Source: Mycobacterium tuberculosis H37Rv (GTDB lineage: Bacteria > Actinomycetota > Actinomycetes > Mycobacteriales > Mycobacteriaceae). Taken from it: a DNA stretch of 32,000 nucleotides. Positions 1 through 9,260 of this stretch are shown here, piece after piece. Below the pieces are notes generated by a model. That model had not been told where the DNA came from and did not search any database. It saw nothing but the letters and a program-made list of their open reading frames with translations. The stretch is taken from contig NC_000962.3 in assembly GCF_000195955.2 (NCBI RefSeq), forward strand, positions 2,010,001 through 2,042,000, read 5' to 3'. Position 1 is the first letter of the stretch. Each line of letters opens with the position of its first letter. The position numbers and the translations under genes were made by a program.

Positions 1-555
1 TTGCTCGGCAAACGCTGGCGCCACGTATTTTTCGACCAGCCGGCGTTCGGCTTCGTCGTTCTCAGCTGGCCAATACATCAGTGAGAGCACCACGCGTACC
101 ACCCATTTCGCGCCTTGCGGATCACCGCCGGCTATGCCGGTGAGCTCGGTAGCAAAGTCCGCAAGCAACGGTGACTCGGTGAGCCAGGCCAATTCACCGG
201 CGCCACCGTGGATCGAGCCGAACATGAGCTTGCCCAGCGGGTCGGATCGGATTCGCTGAAGCGATAACAGGATCGCCGCGACGACTCGCTCCCGCCCCCG
301 CAGAGTTTCGACATCCGAGCGCACGCCGTCGGCGATCCGGGCCGCGGCCCGGGTCAGAACGACATCCCGGATCTGGGCCTTGCCGCCGGCACGGCGGTAG
401 ATGGTCGCTCGGGAGCAGTGGACCTCGCGGGCTAATTTGTCGATGTCGAGTGCGTTGAGCCCGTAGCGCGTAATGAGGTCGGTTGCGGCGGCGTAGATCC
501 GTTCGGCAGCGATCGTGCGGCGGTTGCCGCCCACGATCCAATCGTTACCCGGCAC
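1..555 (-). CDS. TetR/AcrR-family transcriptional regulator, 3' end truncated by the window edge (Rv1776c-like)
   Basis: The reverse strand is open from a GTG at 555..553 to the window edge. Its N-terminus reads (M)PGNDWIVGGNRRTIAAERIYAAATDLVTRYGLNALDIDKLAREVHCSRATIYRRAGGKAQI, a typical TetR helix-turn-helix. It is divergent to cyp144. An alternative GTG start lies 7 codons downstream. Confidence 0.85.
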   Translation of the reverse strand, partial: MPGNDWIVGGNRRTIAAERIYAAATDLITRYGLNALDIDKLAREVHCSRATIYRRAGGKAQIRDVVLTRAAARIADGVRSDVETLRGRERVVAAILLSLQRIRSDPLGKLMFGSIHGGAGELAWLTESPLLADFATELTGIAGGDPQGAKWVVRVVLSLMYWPAENDEAERRLVEKYVAPAFAEQ

Positions 556-595
556 TGGTCAGGCGCATTTCCATCGAGAGGCGAAGAGCGATTCT

Positions 596-608
596 TCTCA
601 TAGTGAGA
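596..608. promoter_or_regulatory. Candidate operator palindrome TCTCA-TAG-TGAGA in the TetR/cyp144 divergent intergenic region
   Basis: Perfect 5-3-5 inverted repeat between the divergent starts at 555 (-) and 656 (+). A related element, TTATTCTCATCG, lies just downstream. Confidence 0.3.
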
Positions 609-655
609 CACAAGCCTTACTTATTCTCATCGTAGTTGCAGGTCCGCCTCCCGCG

Positions 656-1960
656 GTGAGACGTTCGCCGAAAGGCTCCCCGGGCGCAGTTCTCGACTTG
701 CAGCGACGCGTTGACCAGGCGGTATCCGCCGATCACGCTGAACTAATGACAATTGCCAAGGATGCCAACACGTTCTTTGGTGCCGAATCCGTGCAGGACC
801 CCTACCCGCTGTATGAGCGCATGCGCGCCGCAGGCTCGGTCCACCGGATCGCTAACTCGGACTTCTATGCCGTGTGCGGTTGGGACGCTGTCAATGAGGC
901 CATCGGTCGTCCGGAGGACTTCTCCTCGAATTTGACCGCCACGATGACCTATACGGCCGAGGGCACCGCTAAACCGTTCGAGATGGACCCACTCGGCGGA
1001 CCCACACACGTGTTGGCCACCGCCGACGATCCTGCCCACGCCGTGCACCGCAAGCTCGTGCTGCGTCACTTGGCGGCCAAGCGGATCCGCGTTATGGAGC
1101 AGTTCACCGTACAGGCTGCCGACCGGCTGTGGGTCGACGGCATGCAGGATGGGTGCATCGAATGGATGGGCGCCATGGCCAATCGCCTACCGATGATGGT
1201 CGTAGCTGAGCTCATCGGCCTGCCCGACCCCGACATCGCCCAGCTGGTGAAGTGGGGATACGCGGCCACTCAGCTACTCGAAGGGTTGGTCGAAAACGAT
1301 CAGCTCGTCGCCGCGGGTGTGGCGTTGATGGAGCTCAGCGGTTACATCTTCGAGCAGTTTGACCGTGCCGCGGCCGATCCGCGGGACAATCTGCTCGGTG
1401 AGCTTGCCACCGCCTGCGCATCGGGGGAGCTGGACACTCTCACCGCCCAGGTCATGATGGTCACCTTGTTCGCCGCCGGCGGCGAGTCCACGGCGGCGCT
1501 GCTGGGCAGCGCGGTATGGATACTGGCGACACGTCCCGATATCCAGCAACAGGTGCGCGCGAACCCCGAGCTGCTGGGAGCGTTTATCGAAGAGACGCTG
1601 CGTTACGAGCCGCCATTTCGCGGCCACTACCGCCACGTGCGAAACGCCACCACCTTGGACGGCACGGAACTGCCCGCGGATTCGCACCTGCTGCTGTTGT
1701 GGGGCGCGGCCAACCGCGATCCAGCCCAGTTCGAGGCACCCGGCGAGTTCCGTCTTGACCGTGCAGGAGGCAAAGGCCACATCAGTTTCGGAAAAGGGGC
1801 CCACTTCTGTGTCGGCGCTGCACTGGCACGCTTGGAGGCTCGAATCGTCTTGCGTCTGCTGCTCGATCGCACCTCGGTAATTGAGGCAGCCGATGTCGGC
1901 GGGTGGTTGCCCAGTATCCTGGTGCGCCGCATCGAGCGGCTAGAGCTAGCTGTACAATAG
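656..1960 (+). CDS. cyp144: Cytochrome P450 CYP144
   Basis: ORF of 434 aa from GTG at 656. Contains the I-helix AAGGEST, the EXXR motif (ETLRYEP) and the heme-binding loop FGKGAHFCVGAALARLE. Confidence 0.93.
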   Translation: MRRSPKGSPGAVLDLQRRVDQAVSADHAELMTIAKDANTFFGAESVQDPYPLYERMRAAGSVHRIANSDFYAVCGWDAVNEAIGRPEDFSSNLTATMTYTAEGTAKPFEMDPLGGPTHVLATADDPAHAVHRKLVLRHLAAKRIRVMEQFTVQAADRLWVDGMQDGCIEWMGAMANRLPMMVVAELIGLPDPDIAQLVKWGYAATQLLEGLVENDQLVAAGVALMELSGYIFEQFDRAAADPRDNLLGELATACASGELDTLTAQVMMVTLFAAGGESTAALLGSAVWILATRPDIQQQVRANPELLGAFIEETLRYEPPFRGHYRHVRNATTLDGTELPADSHLLLLWGAANRDPAQFEAPGEFRLDRAGGKGHISFGKGAHFCVGAALARLEARIVLRLLLDRTSVIEAADVGGWLPSILVRRIERLELAVQ

Positions 1961-2080
1961 GCGCTCGACGACTCCTATTGCAGCACAACGGATATCAGCA
2001 ACAGCAGGTGCCAACCGCGGCGATCGGATGCGTGAGAATAGTGAAAGTGGTTGTCGCGGTCAGGATTTCTGCGATCAACC

Positions 2081-2530
2081 CTACCCGCATGACGCCGGCG
2101 GGTGGCCCCCGCCGGCCACGATAAATGCTTCGACCGCCGTGGCCCGCTCGTAACCTTCGACCTCCACGCGCCACTCGTAGATTCCTGGTTCCAAGGGAAT
2201 TCCCGCAGGAATGTTGAGGGTGAGCGGCATGCGAACCGAGGTGCCGTGGATTGCGCCAGGAGCGCGGCCCGCCTCGGCGGCGGCTTCAAAGAGGATCCGC
2301 TGCGGCCCGTGTGGTCCCGGCACGACCACCGGATCGCCGTCGGCGGTGAGCAACTGGCATTTCAGCTGGTGCTGCTTATTGGTCTCATCCCAGTCGATGT
2401 CAAGGAACAGTACCAAAGCGAATGGGGGGGTCGGTGTTTGGCATTGCCGCCAGCCCAGCCCGAGCGCATGGACCTTCCCGGACTGGGCATCAGCCTGCGC
2501 CGCGTCCGACAGGAACAGACTGACCCTCAT
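2081..2530 (-). CDS. Conserved hypothetical protein, 149 aa (Rv1778c-like)
   Basis: Reverse ORF 2081..2587. The internal Met (MRVSLFLSDAAQADAQ...) gives 149 aa. It converges with cyp144. Confidence 0.75.
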   Translation of the reverse strand: MRVSLFLSDAAQADAQSGKVHALGLGWRQCQTPTPPFALVLFLDIDWDETNKQHQLKCQLLTADGDPVVVPGPHGPQRILFEAAAEAGRAPGAIHGTSVRMPLTLNIPAGIPLEPGIYEWRVEVEGYERATAVEAFIVAGGGHPPASCG

Positions 2531-2685
2531 GTCGCCGCCGCTGCGATCGAACTCCCGGGTTCCGATTCCACCCCTGTCCTTCCCCAATGTGCAACTAGCC
2601 GAAGGTCGGTCAATACCGCACCCACTTAGACTGACTCCATCCCGACGGCAGGATAATACGTGGCGACCGGTAGATCTATGTTGTG

Positions 2686-4479
2686 CTATCTGGGCGGTGG
2701 CAGCTGGCGCGGACCGTCGGGGGAACGCAGTTCATGCGGACCCTCCCGTTGGGTCAGCTCCCCGGTCGACCCAACTGATAGGCTCGCCAGGTCTCGCGGA
2801 GGCACCTGCGCTAACGGCGGGTGATCATCGTTGGTAGCCAGCCGGCTACGGCGCGCAGAGTCCGACGATGCGATCGGGTTGCTTTCGGCAGGGGCAGCCG
2901 GGGAGTGGGATTCCAGCGGGGGCTGGTCGTTGGGGTCGGAACCTTCGGCATTGACCGTCACCTTGTGGGTGCGCTTGAACGAAAACGCGATCTCCTCGAC
3001 CTCTTCGAACACCTGACGCGCGGTGCGCAACGGCGCAGTGGTGTTGTCGAGCATTCGTGCGACAAACGGCGGCACCAGTGGGCGAATCCACCGAGCCGCA
3101 GCCTTGGTGGCGTCTGGGATCGACCGGATCACTGGGGTTGCACGCTTCTCGCGTGGTTCAACCGCACCCTCCGGTTGGACCTGTGCCGGCAGGTTTTTCG
3201 CGATACCGGGGCGGTGATGGGCTGCCCCAGCAGGCAATTGGGCGACCGTCCGGCTGGCAGCTTCGGTTTCGGCGGCGATGGGCAGATACACCTCGTCCTC
3301 CACTGGCTGCAAGGTTCGCTCCGACGAAGCGCGCACTGGACCTTCGAGCGCTTCGACGACTCGGCGGCGTTGCTGTTCGCGGTCGATTTCGGCCTGGGCC
3401 TCGATGGCGAGGCGGGTCTGGGTGAGTTGGTGCTCGGCCCACATGATTTCGGCGGCCCGGCGAACCTCCGCCCGCTTGATCGCGATCGCGGTGTCCGCCT
3501 CCAACTCGGCGCGCTCCCGTTCCGCTCGCGCGGCCGCGTGGCGATCGTGCGTTGTGTCACCGCGCCATAGCCGGAGAATCAGCGGCAACAGGTACAGCAG
3601 CGCGAAGAAAGCGATCGCCAGCATTCGCGCCGTCAAGGCGCCGGCGCTGGCCAATGTCAGATCGTTCATGGCGACCCAGCGCGAGCCCAAACCACGACCC
3701 GCATCCGCGACCACGGCCTGGCGCACCTCGGCAAGAGCCTGCTCGTCGTGTGCCATTTTGGCGTCCAAGGCAGGTGCTTGGTGATCACGAGCCGCCAGCG
3801 CGTTGTCCAGCTCACGCTGCGCGTCGGCGAGAAGCTGGTTCGCCGTTCGTGTTTCGGGCCCTCGGCCGGGAACGCCGGTGATCCGGGTCTGCGGGCAGGC
3901 CGGAGTTGGGTGGTATTCGCAGCGTGCGACGACCAGCGCATCGTCCAGTCGTCCGCGCGCCCGCTCGACCGCGCTGTCCAGCGCAGTGCGCGCATTGCGG
4001 GCCTGTTGCAGGGAGGCCGACGCTTGCACGGCCGCCGGCGTCGCGTCGGCGCTGTGCATAGCTTGTTCATCGAGACGGCGGTCGATGGCACCGGAAAACA
4101 TGACCAGCGCAGCGAGTTCGCCGACGACGAAACCGACGGCGACCGCGACGGACGCGCGTCCCGTAACGCCGGCCCGACCGCGAGCTGGGCCACTGGCCGT
4201 ACCGCGGGTCACCGCGCCGACCAGCAGGCCGAGCACCAGGGCGAGCGAGGCAGCCCCGATGGGGGACGAGATCGGCCCCTGGGCCGCCTCGCTCACCGCG
4301 AGGCTCGCGAGGAGTCCGGCCAGCGCGGCGCCCACGGCCACAATCACGCCGGCCACGGCGTGCGTGGACCGCTCGTGACGCTCGCCGAGTTCGCGCCAGT
4401 GTCCGCCGCCGAGCCAGGTAAGCAGCCCCTCGATTCCGGACACGGCCGAGCGCTGCTCAGCATATTCGTGGGCGCACAT
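2686..4479 (-). CDS. Large membrane protein, 597 aa, with N-terminal hydrophobic segments, a central coiled-coil/charged region and a Pro-rich tail (Rv1779c-like)
   Basis: Long reverse ORF. Hydrophobic stretches AGVIVAVGAALAGLLASLAVS, IGAASLALVLGLLVGAV, ASVAVAVGFVVGELAALVMFSG and MLAIAFFALLYLLPLIL are followed by an Ala/Glu/Arg-rich helix. Confidence 0.85.
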   Translation of the reverse strand: MCAHEYAEQRSAVSGIEGLLTWLGGGHWRELGERHERSTHAVAGVIVAVGAALAGLLASLAVSEAAQGPISSPIGAASLALVLGLLVGAVTRGTASGPARGRAGVTGRASVAVAVGFVVGELAALVMFSGAIDRRLDEQAMHSADATPAAVQASASLQQARNARTALDSAVERARGRLDDALVVARCEYHPTPACPQTRITGVPGRGPETRTANQLLADAQRELDNALAARDHQAPALDAKMAHDEQALAEVRQAVVADAGRGLGSRWVAMNDLTLASAGALTARMLAIAFFALLYLLPLILRLWRGDTTHDRHAAARAERERAELEADTAIAIKRAEVRRAAEIMWAEHQLTQTRLAIEAQAEIDREQQRRRVVEALEGPVRASSERTLQPVEDEVYLPIAAETEAASRTVAQLPAGAAHHRPGIAKNLPAQVQPEGAVEPREKRATPVIRSIPDATKAAARWIRPLVPPFVARMLDNTTAPLRTARQVFEEVEEIAFSFKRTHKVTVNAEGSDPNDQPPLESHSPAAPAESNPIASSDSARRSRLATNDDHPPLAQVPPRDLASLSVGSTGELTQREGPHELRSPDGPRQLPPPR

Positions 4480-4698
4480 GAGACTGAAAACACCTCCTGC
4501 TGGTCAAGCCTGGCAGGCCCCCGCCCGACACACCGAATCGAAGCGGCCCCTTGTGGTGTTGTTCACAACTGCGCGAGAGATGACGCAGATCACGTCGCGG
4601 CTGCCCAGCCGAATCCTCAGCGAGTTCAATGTCAAAATTACCGCGGCGCGAGCGGATCAGCGGCCATTATGGCAGGTGACGTGAGACGGTATACACCT

Positions 4699-5262
4699 AT
4701 GCAAAATCACGACTACGTTACCTACGAAGAGTTCGGCCGCAGATTCTTCGAGGTAGCAGTTACCCCGGACCGCGTCGCCGCCGCGTTTGCCGACATCGCG
4801 GGCAGCGAGTTCGCAATGGAACCGATCTCCCAGGGCCCCGGCGGGATCGCCAAGGTTAGCGCGAACGTCAAGATCCGAGAGCCCCGGGTGACGCGAAAGC
4901 TGGGTGACCTGATCACGTTTGTCATCCATATCCCGCTGTCGATCGATCTCCTTCTTGACCTGCGCCTCGACAAGCAGCGGTTTATGGTCGCCGGCGACAT
5001 CGCGCTGCGCGCCACCGCACGCGCCGCCGAGCCGCTGCTACTGATTGTCGACGTCGCCAAACCGCGGCCCTCTGATATCACGGTCAACGTGTCGTCGAAG
5101 TCGATCCGCGGTGAGGTGTTGCGCATCCTCGCAGGCGTTGACGGTGAGATTCGGCGATTTATCGCCCAGTACGTCTCTGCCGAGATCGACTCGCCCAAAT
5201 CCCAAGCCGCTCAAGTCATCAATGTGGCCGAACAATTGGACTCTACCTGGAGCGGCCCGTAG
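4699..5262 (+). CDS. Conserved hypothetical protein, 187 aa (Rv1780-like)
   Basis: The open frame extends upstream, but ATG at 4699 (MQNHDYVTYEEFGRRFFEVAVTPDRV...) fits the divergent arrangement with the 2686..4479 gene. Confidence 0.8.
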   Translation: MQNHDYVTYEEFGRRFFEVAVTPDRVAAAFADIAGSEFAMEPISQGPGGIAKVSANVKIREPRVTRKLGDLITFVIHIPLSIDLLLDLRLDKQRFMVAGDIALRATARAAEPLLLIVDVAKPRPSDITVNVSSKSIRGEVLRILAGVDGEIRRFIAQYVSAEIDSPKSQAAQVINVAEQLDSTWSGP

Positions 5263-5301
5263 CCAGCTCTGGATGCAGTCTGGCTGCCGGCCACCGAAAG
5301 C

Positions 5302-7476
5302 TCACCAACAGCTCATCGGTGAGGTCGTCGCAGCGCGCACCGCCTCGGCCAAGGTGGCTGCCCTGCGATCGGTGAAGATGTCCTCGAGCAGCATCGGCTG
5401 ACCGTCGGGGCCGGTGAGCGGCACCCGCCAGTTCGGGTACTCGTCGGTGGTGCCAGGCTGGTTTTGCGTCCGGCGGTCGCCGACCGCATCGGTCAACGCC
5501 ACTGCCAACAGCCGCGAGGGCGTTCGGCCCAGGTAGCGGTAGAGAGCCAGGACGGCCTCCTCCGAGTCGGGCTCGGCACCGTCCGCCAGCAGTCCGACCC
5601 GGCGCAGCTCGGCCATCCAGGCTGCCCGGTCGGCCCGGGCGGATTCGAGTTCCGCCTCCACGGGGTTGGTTAACAACCCAAGGGACTCGCGCAGCCGTAC
5701 CTGGTCGCCGGCCAGGTAGCCGGCGGTCGGCGGCAGATCATGGGTGGTCACCGACGACAAGCAGTACTCCCGCCAGCGTTCGGCCGGCAATGGTGTTCCA
5801 GCCGGCCCGCAATCTCGATCCTGCTCAAACCAGAGAATTGAGGTGCCCAGCAGGCCCCGCAATAGTAGATAGTCGCGTACCCACGGCTCGACGGTGCCGA
5901 GATCCTCACCGACGACAACCGCCCCGGCCCGGTGGGCTTCCAGGGCGACGATGCCGATCATCGCGTCGTGGTCGTAGCGCACATAGGTGCCTTGGGTGGG
6001 CGGTGCGCCGTCGGGGATCCACCACAACCGGAACAGCCCGATGATGTGGTCGATGCGTACCGCACCGGCGTGCCGCAACGCGGCCTGGATCAGCGCGCGA
6101 AACGGTCGGTACTCCTGCTCAGCGAGCCGGTCCGGCCGCCACGGTGGCTGCGACCAGTCCTGGCCGAGTTGGTTGAACTCATCCGGCGGCGCACCTGCGG
6201 TCACACCTTGGGCCAGCACGTCCTGCAGAGCCCAGGCGTCGGCCCCGTTGGGGTGCACGCCAACGGCGAGGTCTGCCATGATGCCCAGCGACATGCCGGC
6301 CCGGAGCGCCTGCGACTGCGCACTGGCGAGCTGCTCGTCCAGCTGCCACTGCAGCCAGCGGTGGAAATCGACGGCATCGGCGTGTTTGTCGACGAAATCG
6401 GCGACACCTGAGGCATCGGGATGCCGCAGCGATTTCGGCCATCGATGCCAATCATCGCCGTACGTCTCGGCCAGCGCGCACCAGGTGGCGAAGTCGTCGA
6501 GGGCGCGGCCCTCGCGGGTACGGAAGGCGGCGTAGGCCAGCTCGCGACCCGCCGACCGCGGCACCCGGTGCACGAGCTTGAGTGCTGCGCGTTTGGCCGC
6601 CCAGGCGCTGTCGCGGTCAATGGTGTCGAGCTGGTCGGCGTGCTGTTGCACGTTGGTGCGCAACCGTTGCACCCGGCCACGCTTGGGCAGATCGACGAGT
6701 TCCGGAATGGCCTCCACCCGAAGGTAGAGAGGGTTGACGAAGCGTCGCGATGTCGGCAGGTAGGGCGATGGTTCGATTGGCTTCGAGCGCCCAGCGGGCC
6801 CGGGAAGCGTAGCCGCATGCAGGGGATTGACCAGCACATAGCCGGCACCGTGCGCAGACGCCGACCACAGCGCGAGATTCGCCAAATCGGTGAGATCCCC
6901 GATGCCCCATGACTGCCGGGACCGCACGCTGTAGAGCTGGACGGCCAGGCCCCAGGCACGACGGCCTGCCAGCTTGTCCGGCAGCCCCAACCAATCCGGC
7001 GTCACGACAACAGCGGCGCTGGCCTGCGAGTCGCCCGAACGCAGATTCACCCGGTGGTAGCCGAGGGGCAGGTCGGCGGGCAACACGAAGCTGGCCTCGC
7101 CGATCCAGCGTCCGTCAAGATCGAATGGCGGGGTGAAATTGTCGACCTGCACCACCTCGGCACGTGTCGTGCCGTCCTCGAGCTGCAACCACACGTCGGC
7201 CGGAGCGCCATCGGTCACATGCACCCTGAACTGCGTCTGCTCTCCGGCGCGCATGACGATGGTCGCCGGCAATGGACGCGCCCAGTAGGATCGCAGCTGC
7301 GCGGCCAGGGCGTCATTGCGTTGCTGTTCGGTCTGGGCGGGAACGCCGAGGGCGGCAAGAGCAGCCACCAATGTAGCCTCGGAGACCAGCACCTGCCGGC
7401 CAGTCCAGTCCGTGTACTCGGTGGCAATGCCGAATCGTCGGGCAAGTTCGACCAGCGAAGGCGCGAGCTCGGTCAT
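5302..7476 (-). CDS. malQ: 4-alpha-glucanotransferase (amylomaltase)
   Basis: 724 aa from MTELAPSLVELARRFG. Glycoside-hydrolase family 77 motifs include VRIDHIIGLFRLWWIP, VVGEDLGTVE and SVTTHDLPPTAGY. Confidence 0.93.
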   Translation of the reverse strand: MTELAPSLVELARRFGIATEYTDWTGRQVLVSEATLVAALAALGVPAQTEQQRNDALAAQLRSYWARPLPATIVMRAGEQTQFRVHVTDGAPADVWLQLEDGTTRAEVVQVDNFTPPFDLDGRWIGEASFVLPADLPLGYHRVNLRSGDSQASAAVVVTPDWLGLPDKLAGRRAWGLAVQLYSVRSRQSWGIGDLTDLANLALWSASAHGAGYVLVNPLHAATLPGPAGRSKPIEPSPYLPTSRRFVNPLYLRVEAIPELVDLPKRGRVQRLRTNVQQHADQLDTIDRDSAWAAKRAALKLVHRVPRSAGRELAYAAFRTREGRALDDFATWCALAETYGDDWHRWPKSLRHPDASGVADFVDKHADAVDFHRWLQWQLDEQLASAQSQALRAGMSLGIMADLAVGVHPNGADAWALQDVLAQGVTAGAPPDEFNQLGQDWSQPPWRPDRLAEQEYRPFRALIQAALRHAGAVRIDHIIGLFRLWWIPDGAPPTQGTYVRYDHDAMIGIVALEAHRAGAVVVGEDLGTVEPWVRDYLLLRGLLGTSILWFEQDRDCGPAGTPLPAERWREYCLSSVTTHDLPPTAGYLAGDQVRLRESLGLLTNPVEAELESARADRAAWMAELRRVGLLADGAEPDSEEAVLALYRYLGRTPSRLLAVALTDAVGDRRTQNQPGTTDEYPNWRVPLTGPDGQPMLLEDIFTDRRAATLAEAVRAATTSPMSCW

Positions 7477-7739
7477 GTCGCCCATCTTGCGTCCGGCACC
7501 CGTGTGCGGGCGAGCGCAGGAATCTGAGCCTTCCGTCAGCACAGCACGGTTGGCTACCGAACACCACTACGTTGCAGGTCAACGAGGTAGACTGCGGAGC
7601 GGACAGTTCCACAGGCGGACTCGGTCATTCGCCGCTACCATGCCCAGTGAAGACACGACGAATCCTTGGGGGATCCGCGCAGTGGCAAATACCCAGGTCA
7701 ATGTCCAGGTGTTCTGAGCAGACCGGAAGGTGATCTAGC

Positions 7740-9260
7740 GTGGCTGAAGAGAGCCGCGGGCAGCGGGGGTCGGGGTATGGCCTTGGGTTGTCCACGCGGA
7801 CCCAGGTAACCGGTTATCAGTTCCTGGCGCGTCGAACCGCAATGGCGTTGACACGCTGGCGTGTGCGTATGGAGATTGAGCCGGGTCGGCGGCAGACGTT
7901 GGCGGTGGTGGCGTCGGTGTCGGCGGCGTTGGTGATCTGTCTGGGGGCGCTGTTGTGGTCGTTCATCAGCCCGTCCGGCCAGTTGAATGAGTCGCCGATC
8001 ATCGCAGACCGCGATTCCGGTGCGCTCTATGTCCGTGTCGGTGACAGGTTGTACCCGGCGCTGAATTTGGCATCGGCACGGCTGATCACCGGGCGGCCGG
8101 ACAACCCGCACCTGGTTCGGTCAAGCCAGATTGCCACCATGCCGCGCGGTCCGCTGGTGGGTATCCCGGGTGCGCCGTCATCGTTCTCGCCAAAGAGTCC
8201 ACCCGCGTCGTCTTGGCTGGTCTGCGACACGGTAGCGACCTCGTCAAGCATCGGGTCGCTGCAAGGCGTGACGGTGACGGTCATCGACGGGACCCCGGAC
8301 CTTACCGGTCACCGGCAGATTTTGAGTGGATCGGACGCGGTAGTGCTGCGCTACGGCGGAGATGCGTGGGTCATCCGGGAGGGGCGCCGGTCACGAATCG
8401 AGCCGACGAATCGAGCGGTGTTGTTGCCGCTGGGGTTGACGCCGGAGCAGGTTAGCCAGGCGCGTCCGATGAGCCGGGCATTGTTCGACGCTTTGCCGGT
8501 CGGGCCCGAACTGTTGGTGCCGGAAGTGCCGAATGCGGGTGGTCCTGCGACGTTCCCGGGCGCTCCCGGACCGATCGGGACGGTAATCGTCACACCGCAA
8601 ATCAGTGGACCACAACAGTATTCGTTGGTCCTGGGCGATGGAGTGCAAACGCTCCCGCCGTTGGTGGCCCAGATCCTGCAGAACGCTGGTAGTGCGGGCA
8701 ACACCAAGCCGTTGACCGTGGAACCCTCAACGCTGGCCAAGATGCCGGTGGTGAATCGGTTGGATCTCTCTGCGTATCCGGACAATCCCCTGGAAGTGGT
8801 GGACATTCGCGAGCATCCGTCGACCTGTTGGTGGTGGGAGCGGACGGCCGGTGAAAACCGGGCCCGTGTGCGGGTCGTGTCCGGGCCTACCATTCCGGTC
8901 GCGGCGACCGAGATGAACAAGGTGGTGTCGTTGGTGAAGGCCGACACGAGTGGCCGCCAAGCCGATCAGGTCTACTTCGGCCCCGACCATGCGAACTTCG
9001 TGGCCGTCACCGGCAACAACCCGGGGGCCCAAACGTCCGAATCGCTATGGTGGGTGACCGATGCGGGCGCGCGGTTCGGGGTGGAGGACAGCAAAGAAGC
9101 GCGTGACGCGTTGGGGTTGACCCTGACGCCGAGCCTGGCGCCGTGGGTGGCGCTGCGGCTGCTGCCACAGGGCCCCACGCTGTCACGAGCGGACGCGTTG
9201 GTGGAGCACGACACGCTCCCAATGGACATGACCCCTGCAGAGTTGGTGGTACCGAAATGA
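7740..9260 (+). CDS. eccB5: ESX-5 type VII secretion membrane component EccB5
   Basis: 506 aa from GTG. Single N-terminal transmembrane segment (TLAVVASVSAALVICLGALLWSFI) with an EccB-type periplasmic domain. It is the first gene of the ecc cluster and overlaps eccC5 by ATGA. Confidence 0.95.
   Translation: MAEESRGQRGSGYGLGLSTRTQVTGYQFLARRTAMALTRWRVRMEIEPGRRQTLAVVASVSAALVICLGALLWSFISPSGQLNESPIIADRDSGALYVRVGDRLYPALNLASARLITGRPDNPHLVRSSQIATMPRGPLVGIPGAPSSFSPKSPPASSWLVCDTVATSSSIGSLQGVTVTVIDGTPDLTGHRQILSGSDAVVLRYGGDAWVIREGRRSRIEPTNRAVLLPLGLTPEQVSQARPMSRALFDALPVGPELLVPEVPNAGGPATFPGAPGPIGTVIVTPQISGPQQYSLVLGDGVQTLPPLVAQILQNAGSAGNTKPLTVEPSTLAKMPVVNRLDLSAYPDNPLEVVDIREHPSTCWWWERTAGENRARVRVVSGPTIPVAATEMNKVVSLVKADTSGRQADQVYFGPDHANFVAVTGNNPGAQTSESLWWVTDAGARFGVEDSKEARDALGLTLTPSLAPWVALRLLPQGPTLSRADALVEHDTLPMDMTPAELVVPK

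Noticed and set aside
3748-4698. Upstream extension of the 4699..5262 gene (504-aa open frame)
   Set aside because: Most of it is antisense to the 597-aa membrane protein gene, with no coding-like composition. ATG at 4699 is more plausible.
9143-9256. 38-codon N-terminal extension of eccC5
   Set aside because: It runs entirely through the eccB5 coding sequence. The ATGA overlap start at 9257 is the normal operon arrangement.
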